From Euryarchaeota archaeon UBA60 (GTDB taxonomy: Archaea > Thermoplasmatota > Poseidoniia > Poseidoniales > Poseidoniaceae), in contig DARQ01000053.1 of assembly GCA_002503395.1 (NCBI GenBank), positions 260 through 28,334 of the forward strand: 28,075 bases of DNA, read 5' to 3'. The stretch's first letter is position 1. Every line of letters starts with the position of its first letter. Of this stretch, positions 1-8,007 are shown in pieces. The notes below the pieces were generated by a model. It was not told the origin of the DNA and searched no databases. It saw only the letters and a list, made by a program, of their open reading frames with translations. A program made the translations under genes and the position numbers.

Positions 1-1
1 C

Positions 2-3000
2 TCCTCGTTGAGTCTGCTCAATGAGGCGGTCGGCGTTGGCGAGCCCAGCGTTTCCTGGCACTCCTACGATGCTGGGCTCGATGCTTCGGGTAGGTGGTCG
101 CCGCTCGGTGGCCGCTCCGGAATCACCTTCACCGACATCGCCGAACAAGAGGCACTGAGCGGTGAGAATATCATCGTCATCAACCGCGCCTTGGCAGATG
201 ACCTTCAGGTTCTGGAAGGGGAAGAATTGCGATTATCCTGGTTGGTTGCAAATCCCGATGGCACGACCGTGACCCGCACCGAGCGTCTCGATGTTTGGCG
301 CATCGTCGAAATGGCTGGCGCGGCGGCGCCAGCCGGAATCAATGGCGGCTGTGTTTTCACCACCCTTGAGACGGCGCAGGAATTCCAAGAGAAGGGCGGG
401 CAGGTCAACATCGTGGTAATCTCGGCTAAAGGCGGGGTTGAGGATAGCCTTGAGGCCGAGTCATCGCTGTTCCCATTCATTGAACCGATTCTCGACCAGA
501 CTCTGGTCGGCGATGACGCCGGTTATATCGTGCAAACGGATAGCGACTCTTCTTCCATCAGCATAGCCCGAAGCAAAGGTCCGGCCCGCCTTTCGGCCGA
601 AGAGGTTGGCCATCTGCGTAATTTCAGCGCCACAATCGATAATTCAAGCATCATCGAATTGCTTCAAGCCCCAGTCCTGATGGTAAAAATTGGGCCACAG
701 AACGTCTCCGGTCTGCAGTCCAATGAGATTCGCGATATCTACTATGATGAAGATGGGATGTGGTACCTCAGCACCTCCGGCATCACCTACGAATCACGCG
801 CTTTCGGATCGATGTCCTCGTGGACGGCAACCGCCGATGGGCTGGCCAGCCGAATGGTCTCGACCGGTGACGGGGGGATGTTGGTAGCCCATGACCGGGG
901 GGTTTACCGCGCCCATCCGGACTCCGACATCTCATCCTATGACCATAACATAACCTTGGATAATGACGCCATCATTCTCGACGTCGCGCTCAATTCGGAA
1001 TTCGCGTGGGCTCTCGAGCGAGGACAGGATGATGGCTGGACAATCTGGCGTGGCAACGCGACTGATGAAGAGCCTTGGCTCGCACTCGACCTGAGCCTGG
1101 CCGGTGCTCCGGCAGAAATTATCGACGGGGCACTGATACACGATGGCAGTGGTTTGGTCGTCCATCTGGAAGCTATGCTCTCGCACAAGATATGGTATAT
1201 TCCCGACGATGGCGGCCCGGTTGAGGAATATCCGGCGCAAGATGTCGAACCGATTCTCCTGATTGGGCAGGCGTGGCTGAATCACGGTGATGAACTCACC
1301 CGATTACGCACCGGAGTCAGCGCCCATTCGCTCGGATTACCCCTCGGGGAAACATTGACCACCGGTGGGCAGGGGGTTCTCCTCCGACCTGTCAACGCTG
1401 ATGGCAGCGCCACTGACCACTTGGAAGCGTGGCGCTGGAACGGCACCGGATTCGCCAACACGTCCATCGCGGTGCCGCAATCCTGCGATGGTCACGCGAT
1501 GCAACTAGTCGCCGACAATTTCTCCTGCAGTGCTCATAGCGGCGTCCTGTTCGACTTCGATGGGCAGCCCAGCGGACGTCTACCACTGCTGATGATGGTC
1601 GAGGGGACTGGAAGTCTACCCCTCCTTTTACTGGCGATTCAAGCCGACGACCTGTCCTTTCTACCGCAGATTGCTCCCGGAGAAGTGATGCTTTCGGCTT
1701 GGGCCGCAGATGGCTTACGCCTCGCCGGGCCGACCAATCTCACCATGGTCGGTCTACTACAGGCGGTGAATGGCAATTTCGACGGTGAAACCCTGTATTA
1801 TTCCGGCACCGGTGCCACATTACCCCAACTTGCCGGACTGGAAGAACTGCAACAGGTTGCCCTCGGTTTGGTCAACATCAGCGATGCCGCTGAATTGGCG
1901 GTGATGGATATCGACGAACGTAGCCTCATCATGCTCGCTGGAGGAAATCTCAGCGACCCTCAGAAAATGGCCGAAATAGAGGCTGAATTGAACGTCTGGG
2001 TCGACCATATCAGTAATACCACCACGACTCAATTGCACATTAATCGAATCAAGCACGATGGCTTGCAGAGCGCCCAAGAGGCGAGCGACGGACTGGCGAG
2101 TACCTTCATCATCTTCGGTTCATTCACCATCATCGCCGGGATGCTGTTGGTCATCAACATCTTCGTGATGCTGGCCGAAGAGAGAAAGTCGGAGATGGGC
2201 ATGGCTCGGGCCTTGGGTCTGCAGCGCCCAGACCTGCGCTCACTGTTCATCATGGAAGGCTCACTAGTCGCCTCATTCGCCTCTCTTATCGGCGCCTTCC
2301 TCGGTCTTGGCGTGGCTTGGCTGGTCGCCCTTGCATTTTCCAGTGTCTTCTCCTCGGTTGACAGCACCTTCACCTATGCTTGGACTTGGTCTAGCGTACT
2401 GGCAGGATTCTCTTTCGGATTCCTGGTCACCTGGGTGACTCTGTGGGCAACGGCTTTGCGCAACAGTCGGATGAATGTAGTAGCGGCGATGCGCGACCTA
2501 CCGCGCAGTTCGCAATCAGGCCCCTCGTGGTGGGTACTGATGATGATTATCGGGATGTTTGCCCTTTCCGGTCTATCAATTCTCACCTACTTCACCGTCG
2601 ACAAGGATGGTGAGTGGGCGCATTCGTTGTGGATCTTGTGGGGATATTTTGCGGTCTTATCCATAGGTCCCTCGCTTGGCTATGTCCTGCCGCACATACT
2701 CCGGAATCACCCCAAGTCGGTTGGCTGGCGCCGCCACAGTGCCCGCAATGCCCTGTCCATCACCGGTCTAGGCATCCTCATTTGGACCGTATTACCGAGT
2801 TGGCTCGACCCGGTGCGCGATGGGCTTGAAACCTCGGAATACTCGTTCATTATCTCGGGTCTTTTCGGCGTTGCTGCTGGAGTTATGATACTGACCAGCA
2901 TCGCCCCGATGGCGGTGCGAGCGCTCGGGCGCTCAGCCTTCCTGACCAAGCGTTTCGGCCCGGTGATTCCCACCTCACTCGCCTACCCATTGGCCACTCC

Positions 3001-4201
3001 ATTTCGTACCGCACTGACTTTGGGAATGTTCAGTATCACGGTTTTCTCGGTCGTGGTGCTGGCAGGATACTCAGCGCAATTCGGCACCTTTTCCTCGGGC
3101 TATGTCGACCAGGCACAAGGCGAGTTCGAAATCGTCGGCATGGGAAAATATACCCGACCGCTGGAATTATCCGACAATTCCAGCGAGTGGTCATGGGGCG
3201 AGGTAGATGAAACACAATTCGATGCTCTCGGCAAAATGAGTCTTGGCTATATCCGTATTGAAACAGCGGATATGGACGAAGATGAAGCGCCGTATTTCTA
3301 CTATTTACGCGGGGTCGACCAAGGTTTCGTCGACCATGGCGGACTGCCATTATATCTGTGGGATGAGCGGCTCGCCAATTCCTCGTCTGATATGTGGCAG
3401 GCGGTAATTGAAAATCCTAATATCGTACTGGTCGATGCCTCTTTTGGACTCGATGCTGTGGGTACTGACGGAGAGCCACTATATCCAATCCAACTTTCAA
3501 TTGGAGATTCTATTACTCTAATTGATACCTCTAACCCCTCAAATACCCGAAATGTCACTGTGGTAGGGTTCCTTGAGCAGGGATCGATGTGGAGCACGGC
3601 GGGAATATTCACCGGCCAAGATTTGGCGGCTGACCAATTTCACGCTGAATTGACGAGAGTGTATTTCTCGGTTGGCGAAGATGTGACCTTGGAGCACAGG
3701 TTGGAATTGGCTTCGGCTCTGGAAGTGGCCTTCCTTGAACAGGGCCTGCAGGTCGAGGTAATCGAACATCAGGTACAGGAATTCCAGCGTATCGTATTTT
3801 CGATTCTCGACATCTTCCAGGCCTATCTCGGATTGGGCCTGGCGGTCGGCATCGCCGGATTGGGCGTAGTGACCGTTCGTTCGGTCAGCGAAAGGAGTCA
3901 TCAAACCGGGATATTACGTGCTTTGGGCTTTCAAAGGGGGATGATTATCGGTGGCTATATCCTTGAATTGACTTGGGTGAGTCTGATGGGTATCATCAAT
4001 GGCGTCATCGTCGGTATTGGGTTTCATTGGTACCTTTACACAAAATTCTGGCGTGAGCGAGGTGAGGAGTTCTCAATGCCGTGGGTCAGTATCTCACTAA
4101 TTGTTGCCGGCGCCTATATTCTGGTATTACTGGCGACCGCCATCCCGGTGCGCAGGGCAGCTTCAATCCAGCCGGCAGAGGCTCTGCGAGACATTTCATG
4201 A
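2..4201 (+). CDS. FtsX/MacB-like ABC transporter permease (two FtsX-type TM blocks, large extracytoplasmic domains); 5' end lies outside the window
   Basis: 1397-aa ORF whose frame is open to the window edge (the TTG at 8 is probably not the real start). It has two FtsX-type signatures, 'AEERKSEMGMARALGLQRPDLRSLFIMEG' and 'VSERSHQTGILRALGFQRGMI', each flanked by hydrophobic helices, and the typical C-terminal 'PVRRAASIQPAEALR'. Confidence 0.88.
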   Translation, partial: SSLSLLNEAVGVGEPSVSWHSYDAGLDASGRWSPLGGRSGITFTDIAEQEALSGENIIVINRALADDLQVLEGEELRLSWLVANPDGTTVTRTERLDVWRIVEMAGAAAPAGINGGCVFTTLETAQEFQEKGGQVNIVVISAKGGVEDSLEAESSLFPFIEPILDQTLVGDDAGYIVQTDSDSSSISIARSKGPARLSAEEVGHLRNFSATIDNSSIIELLQAPVLMVKIGPQNVSGLQSNEIRDIYYDEDGMWYLSTSGITYESRAFGSMSSWTATADGLASRMVSTGDGGMLVAHDRGVYRAHPDSDISSYDHNITLDNDAIILDVALNSEFAWALERGQDDGWTIWRGNATDEEPWLALDLSLAGAPAEIIDGALIHDGSGLVVHLEAMLSHKIWYIPDDGGPVEEYPAQDVEPILLIGQAWLNHGDELTRLRTGVSAHSLGLPLGETLTTGGQGVLLRPVNADGSATDHLEAWRWNGTGFANTSIAVPQSCDGHAMQLVADNFSCSAHSGVLFDFDGQPSGRLPLLMMVEGTGSLPLLLLAIQADDLSFLPQIAPGEVMLSAWAADGLRLAGPTNLTMVGLLQAVNGNFDGETLYYSGTGATLPQLAGLEELQQVALGLVNISDAAELAVMDIDERSLIMLAGGNLSDPQKMAEIEAELNVWVDHISNTTTTQLHINRIKHDGLQSAQEASDGLASTFIIFGSFTIIAGMLLVINIFVMLAEERKSEMGMARALGLQRPDLRSLFIMEGSLVASFASLIGAFLGLGVAWLVALAFSSVFSSVDSTFTYAWTWSSVLAGFSFGFLVTWVTLWATALRNSRMNVVAAMRDLPRSSQSGPSWWVLMMIIGMFALSGLSILTYFTVDKDGEWAHSLWILWGYFAVLSIGPSLGYVLPHILRNHPKSVGWRRHSARNALSITGLGILIWTVLPSWLDPVRDGLETSEYSFIISGLFGVAAGVMILTSIAPMAVRALGRSAFLTKRFGPVIPTSLAYPLATPFRTALTLGMFSITVFSVVVLAGYSAQFGTFSSGYVDQAQGEFEIVGMGKYTRPLELSDNSSEWSWGEVDETQFDALGKMSLGYIRIETADMDEDEAPYFYYLRGVDQGFVDHGGLPLYLWDERLANSSSDMWQAVIENPNIVLVDASFGLDAVGTDGEPLYPIQLSIGDSITLIDTSNPSNTRNVTVVGFLEQGSMWSTAGIFTGQDLAADQFHAELTRVYFSVGEDVTLEHRLELASALEVAFLEQGLQVEVIEHQVQEFQRIVFSILDIFQAYLGLGLAVGIAGLGVVTVRSVSERSHQTGILRALGFQRGMIIGGYILELTWVSLMGIINGVIVGIGFHWYLYTKFWRERGEEFSMPWVSISLIVAGAYILVLLATAIPVRRAASIQPAEALRDIS

Positions 4202-4303
4202 TGAAAAATAGATAATAATCGCCACATTTCCCCATATCAGTGGGGGGGTCACTCCCTATATTGTTACATTCAAACTGCTTTTCTTACAAAAGCCCGCCTA
4301 TAC

Positions 4304-4311
4304 TATAAATA
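4304..4311 (+). promoter_or_regulatory. Putative archaeal TATA box (TATAAATA) for the 4363 gene
   Basis: TATAAATA in an AT-rich intergenic region about 50 nt upstream of the preferred ATG, with a GGGGGA SD-like site at 4348-4353. Confidence 0.5.
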
Positions 4312-4362
4312 CGCAACTTTACCTCAATGGCCTTACCGACCGTTTACGGGGGACTGTTAATT

Positions 4363-7300
4363 ATGCGTAAGACTGTGACTATTATGATGACCTTTTTGAT
4401 GCTGGCAAGTGTATTGATCAATATCGGAGGGTCCGAATTAGAGCAAGTAGAGATAGATGAAAGCAGTGGCCGAGCCGCAGAGGCAAATTTGACCACTGTG
4501 CTTTCGCCACGAGCGACTGTGACTGAGTTTGATGGCACCAAGAGAGGTGCCATCCTTGCCGGTGAAGGCACTCAGTTTGACATCGTCGTTCTGAATGAAG
4601 GCGATGCCAACATCACCGAGATGAACATCATTGTAACGGTGTATCTGACCGGTGGTAACATCGCCCAGGATATCAGTGGAAACGACCTGCAATGGACCGA
4701 TTCCGTAATCTGCGATTGGGCAGCATCATGTGACTTTGCATCCCTCGAGGCAAATTCCTATCTGGGTGGAGGGGCATATACTGTCAAGACCCTTAACCCC
4801 GCGACACAGTTGAGGGAACCAGTTGAATGGGTTCCGATTGTCGGTAATTACGAGCTAGTCTTCTCCTTGGAGATTACCGAGTCCAGCCAGGATTCCATCA
4901 GTTCCAACAACGAGTTGTTGGTACCTGTATCTGTCGTAGACTGGTTCGACATCGAGGTCGACCTGCGATGGGACGATGATCAATCAGTAGATGGAACCGA
5001 GGCCGCTTCAGGTCCCGCTGACAAGCCTTTCACCTTGACCATTTCATTGAACGGCTCGTCGAACTGGGATGCTCGAAACATCTCCATCGCTTTGTCGGCT
5101 TCCGGAAATGGCTTGGATTCTGCAACCGGCAGCGATGGTGCTGACCTGACCGCAGGTCACAGCATCATGGCTGGGACCCTTAACAGTTCAACACTCATTT
5201 GGCAGGACATGTCCGACGACGCAGATGCTTCGTCACCGGATTTCCAGATAAATGGATCACGCTATGAACTGAACTGGGGTGAAACCTTCACCTACTCCGG
5301 TGTGGCCGACCCGGATTCATCGATTCCCTCAGGAACCTACAAGGTCACCGCAGTTCTAGAGAGCTTCTTGGTATTCGCGCAGAAACCCGATTGTGCCAGA
5401 ATGGAGAATGTCACCATCGACGATATGGGGACAAACGACACTTCAGACGACATTATCGAGACCATAGAGGTCATCCACATGTGTGATGAGGGTGTTAATG
5501 TAGCCGATGATGTTAACGCTAACAGCGAAGATGAGATAATGGGTGGAGTAACCAACTTCCACGATATCTCGGTTGTTGACCTAACCGTTCTCCAGGGCTA
5601 TGATGAGGGTGGAAACAACCCGGCTTACTTCTTCAAGGATGGCGATACAGTCAGCGTCGGATATTCGCGTATCATGGTCGAGGTCACTCACCGTGGTAGC
5701 GATACCAGTGAACACTACGATTGGCAGGTCGACATCTCGATTGCCGATTATATGGGTGTAGAAGTAGCCACCTACACCGGTGACAGTTGTGTCAACGGCA
5801 TGCCTGGTGGAATGACATACTCCCACATAAAACTCGGCACCGACCCCGGAATGACTGCCGACCTGTCGGGATTCGCCTGTCCGGTGCACGAATTCGGTAA
5901 TGGTGAGTTCACCGTGACCGCGACCGTCTCAATGGTCTCAGGTAACACCACTGACATGGCTTCCTCGAATGACGACGTCACCGCCGATTTCGTCGCCTTC
6001 AATAACGTCCCGGTAGTATCCATGGCTTTGGAGACAACCGGCGATATCATGACCGGTGACATCGTTACCTTCACCCTATCATCCTACGATGCTGACTGCC
6101 CTGGTGGCGAGTGCATTTCCTTCAACTGGAGCCGCATGACGTCACTTGGAACCGTCGATGAAATGGCGATGTGTGATACAGATGATGCAGTACCCGGCTC
6201 AGGTTGGGCCTGCGATTCCATGGCAGGAGCTGATTGGACTGGCTCAAACGCAGTCTGGGTCATTGCCTCTGATGATTTAGGTGGCGAGAGTTTACCCTCT
6301 TACGCCTTCCCGCACGTGTGGAACGTGTTAGTAATCTCTGATTCGTCAGACGATGTCGATATGACTTACAGCATCACAACCGACATGTTGACAGAGTTGA
6401 CTTTCACCATCGATGACCTGCCTCAATTGACCTCGGTTTCTCTGCCAGGTCAGACCGACACCTTCTCCTCAACGGTAGCAGTGAATTACACTCCGACTGT
6501 GTCCTACATCCCCGAGAATGTCTTAGAGCAGTCATTCTCGATAGTGTTTGAAGGTGCTTCTAACGGTGCTTACACCCTTTGGTACCAGTCAGGAAGCAGT
6601 TGGGGACTACTGTCCGATGTGGTTGATTCATACGATTCCACCCATGTGATGATGAATGTATCCGACTTCGGTGGCGGTACCTTGGCTGCTGGAACACTTG
6701 CAGTATTCGAGGGTGCTGAAGCCGGCTCCCCGCCAACCGCGACCATCTCCAACTTCAATGCAGTTGCGGCAGGTAACGGTGATGTCGAGTTGACTTGGGA
6801 TATCACCGGCACGATGACGCCCATTGACAGTTTCAAGATCCTGATAGACGGCGTCGAGGCCGATTCCCTGGCAAGCGACTCAGCCCGAGTCTGGCGAGAA
6901 AAGGGATTGGCACACGGTGAGAGCCATAACTACGGAGTGAAGATCTGCAATGCCTACGGCTGCAACCCGACCGAGGGTAGCAAGTCTGGTGTCGCCGCCG
7001 ACAACGAGGTCAACCCCGCATCCGGTGCTGGTGGGGTTTCCTTCACTGAGAACACCACTCACATTTTGGTCGCATGGACATCCAATGATACCACTGATGT
7101 CAACCAGTGGGAGGTATGCTGGGACACTGCTACCTTCGACGCCAATGCTGTCGGACTTGGACAGGTCTCCTGTGAGTTGACCGGCAGTACTGACGCTTCT
7201 CACGCAATTGCCAAGAAGACCCCCGCTGGGACGCACAACATGTACGTCTCGGTCGGTGGTGTGGATAATCTAGGCAATAACGAGGTAAGTGACCAGATGG

Positions 7301-7494
7301 GTAATACTCAGTATGTCAATGAACAGGACCTTGACATTGATAGTGGCGCAGAGGTCGGCTCTGGTGGCGACGAAAACTTGCCAAGTTGGGCATGGCCTGC
7401 CATCATCGGTGTCGTGGTCATCGCCTTTGTTGCCGGAGCGTTCATCCTCTCCCGTGGCGGCGATGGTGACGACAACAAGGATTGGGACTACTGA
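4363..7494 (+). CDS. Secreted, C-terminally anchored cell-surface protein with CARDB/Ig-like, PKD-like and two FN3-like domains
   Basis: The ATG at 4363 (MRKTVTIMMTFLMLASVLINIGG) gives a signal peptide and follows an SD-like GGGGGA; ATG 4327 is an alternative start. CARDB-like motifs: 'FDIVVLNEGDANI' and 'DSISSNNEL'. PKD-like motif: 'GDIVTFTLSSYDAD...SFNW'. FN3-like motifs: 'GNGDVELTWD...GLAHGESHNYGVK' and 'HILVAWT...QWEVCW'. C-terminal TM followed by the acidic tail RGGDGDDNKDWDY. Confidence 0.8.
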   Translation: MRKTVTIMMTFLMLASVLINIGGSELEQVEIDESSGRAAEANLTTVLSPRATVTEFDGTKRGAILAGEGTQFDIVVLNEGDANITEMNIIVTVYLTGGNIAQDISGNDLQWTDSVICDWAASCDFASLEANSYLGGGAYTVKTLNPATQLREPVEWVPIVGNYELVFSLEITESSQDSISSNNELLVPVSVVDWFDIEVDLRWDDDQSVDGTEAASGPADKPFTLTISLNGSSNWDARNISIALSASGNGLDSATGSDGADLTAGHSIMAGTLNSSTLIWQDMSDDADASSPDFQINGSRYELNWGETFTYSGVADPDSSIPSGTYKVTAVLESFLVFAQKPDCARMENVTIDDMGTNDTSDDIIETIEVIHMCDEGVNVADDVNANSEDEIMGGVTNFHDISVVDLTVLQGYDEGGNNPAYFFKDGDTVSVGYSRIMVEVTHRGSDTSEHYDWQVDISIADYMGVEVATYTGDSCVNGMPGGMTYSHIKLGTDPGMTADLSGFACPVHEFGNGEFTVTATVSMVSGNTTDMASSNDDVTADFVAFNNVPVVSMALETTGDIMTGDIVTFTLSSYDADCPGGECISFNWSRMTSLGTVDEMAMCDTDDAVPGSGWACDSMAGADWTGSNAVWVIASDDLGGESLPSYAFPHVWNVLVISDSSDDVDMTYSITTDMLTELTFTIDDLPQLTSVSLPGQTDTFSSTVAVNYTPTVSYIPENVLEQSFSIVFEGASNGAYTLWYQSGSSWGLLSDVVDSYDSTHVMMNVSDFGGGTLAAGTLAVFEGAEAGSPPTATISNFNAVAAGNGDVELTWDITGTMTPIDSFKILIDGVEADSLASDSARVWREKGLAHGESHNYGVKICNAYGCNPTEGSKSGVAADNEVNPASGAGGVSFTENTTHILVAWTSNDTTDVNQWEVCWDTATFDANAVGLGQVSCELTGSTDASHAIAKKTPAGTHNMYVSVGGVDNLGNNEVSDQMGNTQYVNEQDLDIDSGAEVGSGGDENLPSWAWPAIIGVVVIAFVAGAFILSRGGDGDDNKDWDY

Positions 7495-7513
7495 TCTCGG
7501 TTAGTACACCGGA

Positions 7514-7532
7514 CAATACGTAGCAATACGTA
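7514..7532. repeat. Tandem duplication CAATACGTA x2 (period 10)
   Basis: CAATACGTA at 7514-7522 and 7524-7532. Confidence 0.8.
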
Positions 7533-7549
7533 TGTCGCCCGTCGCGAAC

Positions 7550-7620
7550 GCCTTTCGAAGCATCGTCTGGTCGAGAGCCTTTGCAAAGCATCGTCAGGCC
7601 TAGCGACCTTTGCGAAGCAT
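7550..7620. repeat. Three imperfect direct repeats of GCCTTT(G)C(G/A)AAGCAT(CGTC), period 27-29 nt
   Basis: Copies start at 7550 (GCCTTTCGAAGCATCGTC), 7577 (GCCTTTGCAAAGCATCGTC) and 7606 (ACCTTTGCGAAGCAT). Copy 2 contains the perfect palindrome CTTTGCAAAG (7579-7588). Confidence 0.8.
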
Positions 7621-7950
7621 TAGTTGGTAGCATTTGCTTGAGCTTGAGATCGAGTCGGGATAGGTGAAATTCGAATTTGTTTGTCCAGTCCATCCTCTGA
7701 GCGAAGGCCGTACCTTGATTTGTTTCTTAGTGGTCTTTGCTAGTGGCCTACCCAGGTGCGGTGGTAATAAAAACACACTTGCGGAGTAAGCGTATTATTG
7801 CCGGTGCTAGATAAATATACGCAAATCCGGAAATATTACCGGGGGAAAAATTATCATTAGCGGCGCCCCTTAACCCTCTCGATGGGTGCCAAAAACGGCC
7901 CACTGGAAACCGATGTTAACTTAGTTATCAAAGGGTATGTCCCTCAATCA

Positions 7951-8003
7951 TTATAAGTAAAACAAGTCGTGGGGGAGAGCACATACAGTCCGTATGAGGT
8001 TGA
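7951..8003 (+). promoter_or_regulatory. Putative TATA box (TTATAA, 7951-7956) and Shine-Dalgarno (GAGGTTGA, 7996-8003) of the giant gene
   Basis: Spacing is compatible with an archaeal promoter and a short leader. The SD ends 4 nt before ATG 8008. Confidence 0.5.
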
Positions 8004-8007
8004 TGAC

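Noticed and set aside
3470-3560. Locally AT-rich patch inside the permease gene
   Set aside because: Short, in frame and explained by Ile/Asn/Ser/Thr codons. There are no boundaries suggesting an insertion.
4227-4248. Weak hairpin CCCCA/TGGGG after the permease as a terminator
   Set aside because: Only 5 canonical bp with no adjacent U-tract, and archaeal termination does not require hairpins.
7550-7620. Mini-CRISPR interpretation of the triple repeat
   Set aside because: Repeats of about 15-18 nt with ~10-nt linkers are far too short for CRISPR, the copies are degenerate, and no cas genes are present.
7442-7693. 83-aa minus-strand ORF (and other small frames) in the intergenic region
   Set aside because: It overlaps the 3' end of the 4363 gene, has no recognisable motif or clear SD, and the repeats do not keep a codon period (27 and 29 nt).
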